Source: Ophelia neglecta
Lineage: Eukaryota
Reading direction: 5' to 3'
DNA length: 64,000 bases
Assembly (NCBI GenBank): GCA_965285935.1
Contig: OZ260661.1
Location: forward strand, 124,000,001-124,064,000
Shown piece after piece: positions 63,225 through 64,000 of the stretch (position 1 is the first letter of the stretch; each line of letters starts with the position of its first letter). A program made the position numbers and the translations under genes. Below the pieces are notes generated by a model that was given only the letters and a program-made list of their open reading frames with translations, was not told the origin of the DNA and searched no databases.

Positions 63225-64000
63225 TGGATTGTAAATGACTTTTAGATGGTTAAAGAATGATTGAAGGGTTACAGATTGGATGTATATGCACTGTATGTTT
63301 AAAGATGGGTTGTACAGTGGTCCCTGGGATGAAGGGACCCTCCAGTAAAGGGACTCCCTCCAACCAAAGGTAATTTTGCATCGCCCATGTCCTAACTTTC
63401 CTATGTTACACCTGCCATGTAGGGACACTTTACTTGGATTTACAGGTGACCCTACATCACGGGGACCACTGTTTATATTTATACATGTAGATGGGTTAAA
63501 TAGGTTTATAGATGGGTTGTATATGCTCATAGATTGGTTAAATACATTTATTGATGAGCTGTATATGTTTATAGATGGGTTAAATATGTTTATAGTTGGG
63601 TTGAATACATTTATAGATGTTTTGATCTACATATGAGCATTGTATATAGGTTTTATATTTTGATAGATGGGTTGTATATGTTTATAGAAGGGTTGTATTT
63701 GTTTATAGATGAGATGTATTTGTTTATAGATGCATTGTATAAGTTTATAGATGAGTTGTATTTATGTATAGATGCGTTGTATATATTTAAAGATGAATTG
63801 TTTGTCTTTACAGATGGGTTGTATTTGTGTATAGCAGGGTTGTTTATATTTATAGATGAGTTGTATATGTTTACAGATGGGTTGTATTTGTTTATAGAAG
63901 GGTTGTATTTGTTTATAGGTGAGTTGTATATGTTTATAGAAGAGTTGTATATGTTTGTAGATGGGTTGTATTTGTTATTAGACGCATGGTATATATTTAC
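63225..64000. repeat. Degenerate ~22-bp minisatellite running off the window end
   Basis: Unit tttatagatgggttgtatatg(t). Confidence 0.9.
63313..63472. mobile_element. MITE of the CAGTGGTCCC family inserted into the 22-bp minisatellite
   Basis: ta|cagtggtccctgggatgaaggg...ccctacatcacggggaccactg; flanked on both sides by minisatellite units. Confidence 0.75.

Overview
AT-rich, intron-rich animal genomic DNA, not prokaryotic. A lophotrochozoan or mollusc-like invertebrate is inferred from the MetaSINE-type element and the repeat landscape. The whole window lies inside one large minus-strand gene encoding a predicted catalytically competent ADAM12/19/33 (meltrin)-type metalloprotease-disintegrin. 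I reconstructed 13 GT-AG, phase-compatible coding exons from 59320 down to 201. They cover the prodomain, a KCG cysteine switch, an RLKR furin site, the HEMGHNFGLAHD zinc motif with CIM Met-turn, and the start of the disintegrin domain; exon 1 and the 3' exons lie outside the window. Nested antisense in the 8.3-kb intron directly after the catalytic exon is an apparently complete secreted C-type lectin gene of about 238 aa (4 clear exons plus 1 probable terminal exon; EPN/WND motifs). A 2.4-kb, 71-bp minisatellite has grown out of the end of the lectin's last CTLD exon. It multiplies that exon's splice donor and ends in an inverted copy. A ~44-kb ADAM intron holds several homogeneous minisatellites, a full-length tRNA-derived SINE with a 10-bp TSD, Tc1/mariner-type MITEs, a 63-bp hairpin flanked by a 9-bp direct repeat, and a candidate 9-nt microexon. 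The long ORFs in the supplied track that lie over repeats are artefacts.
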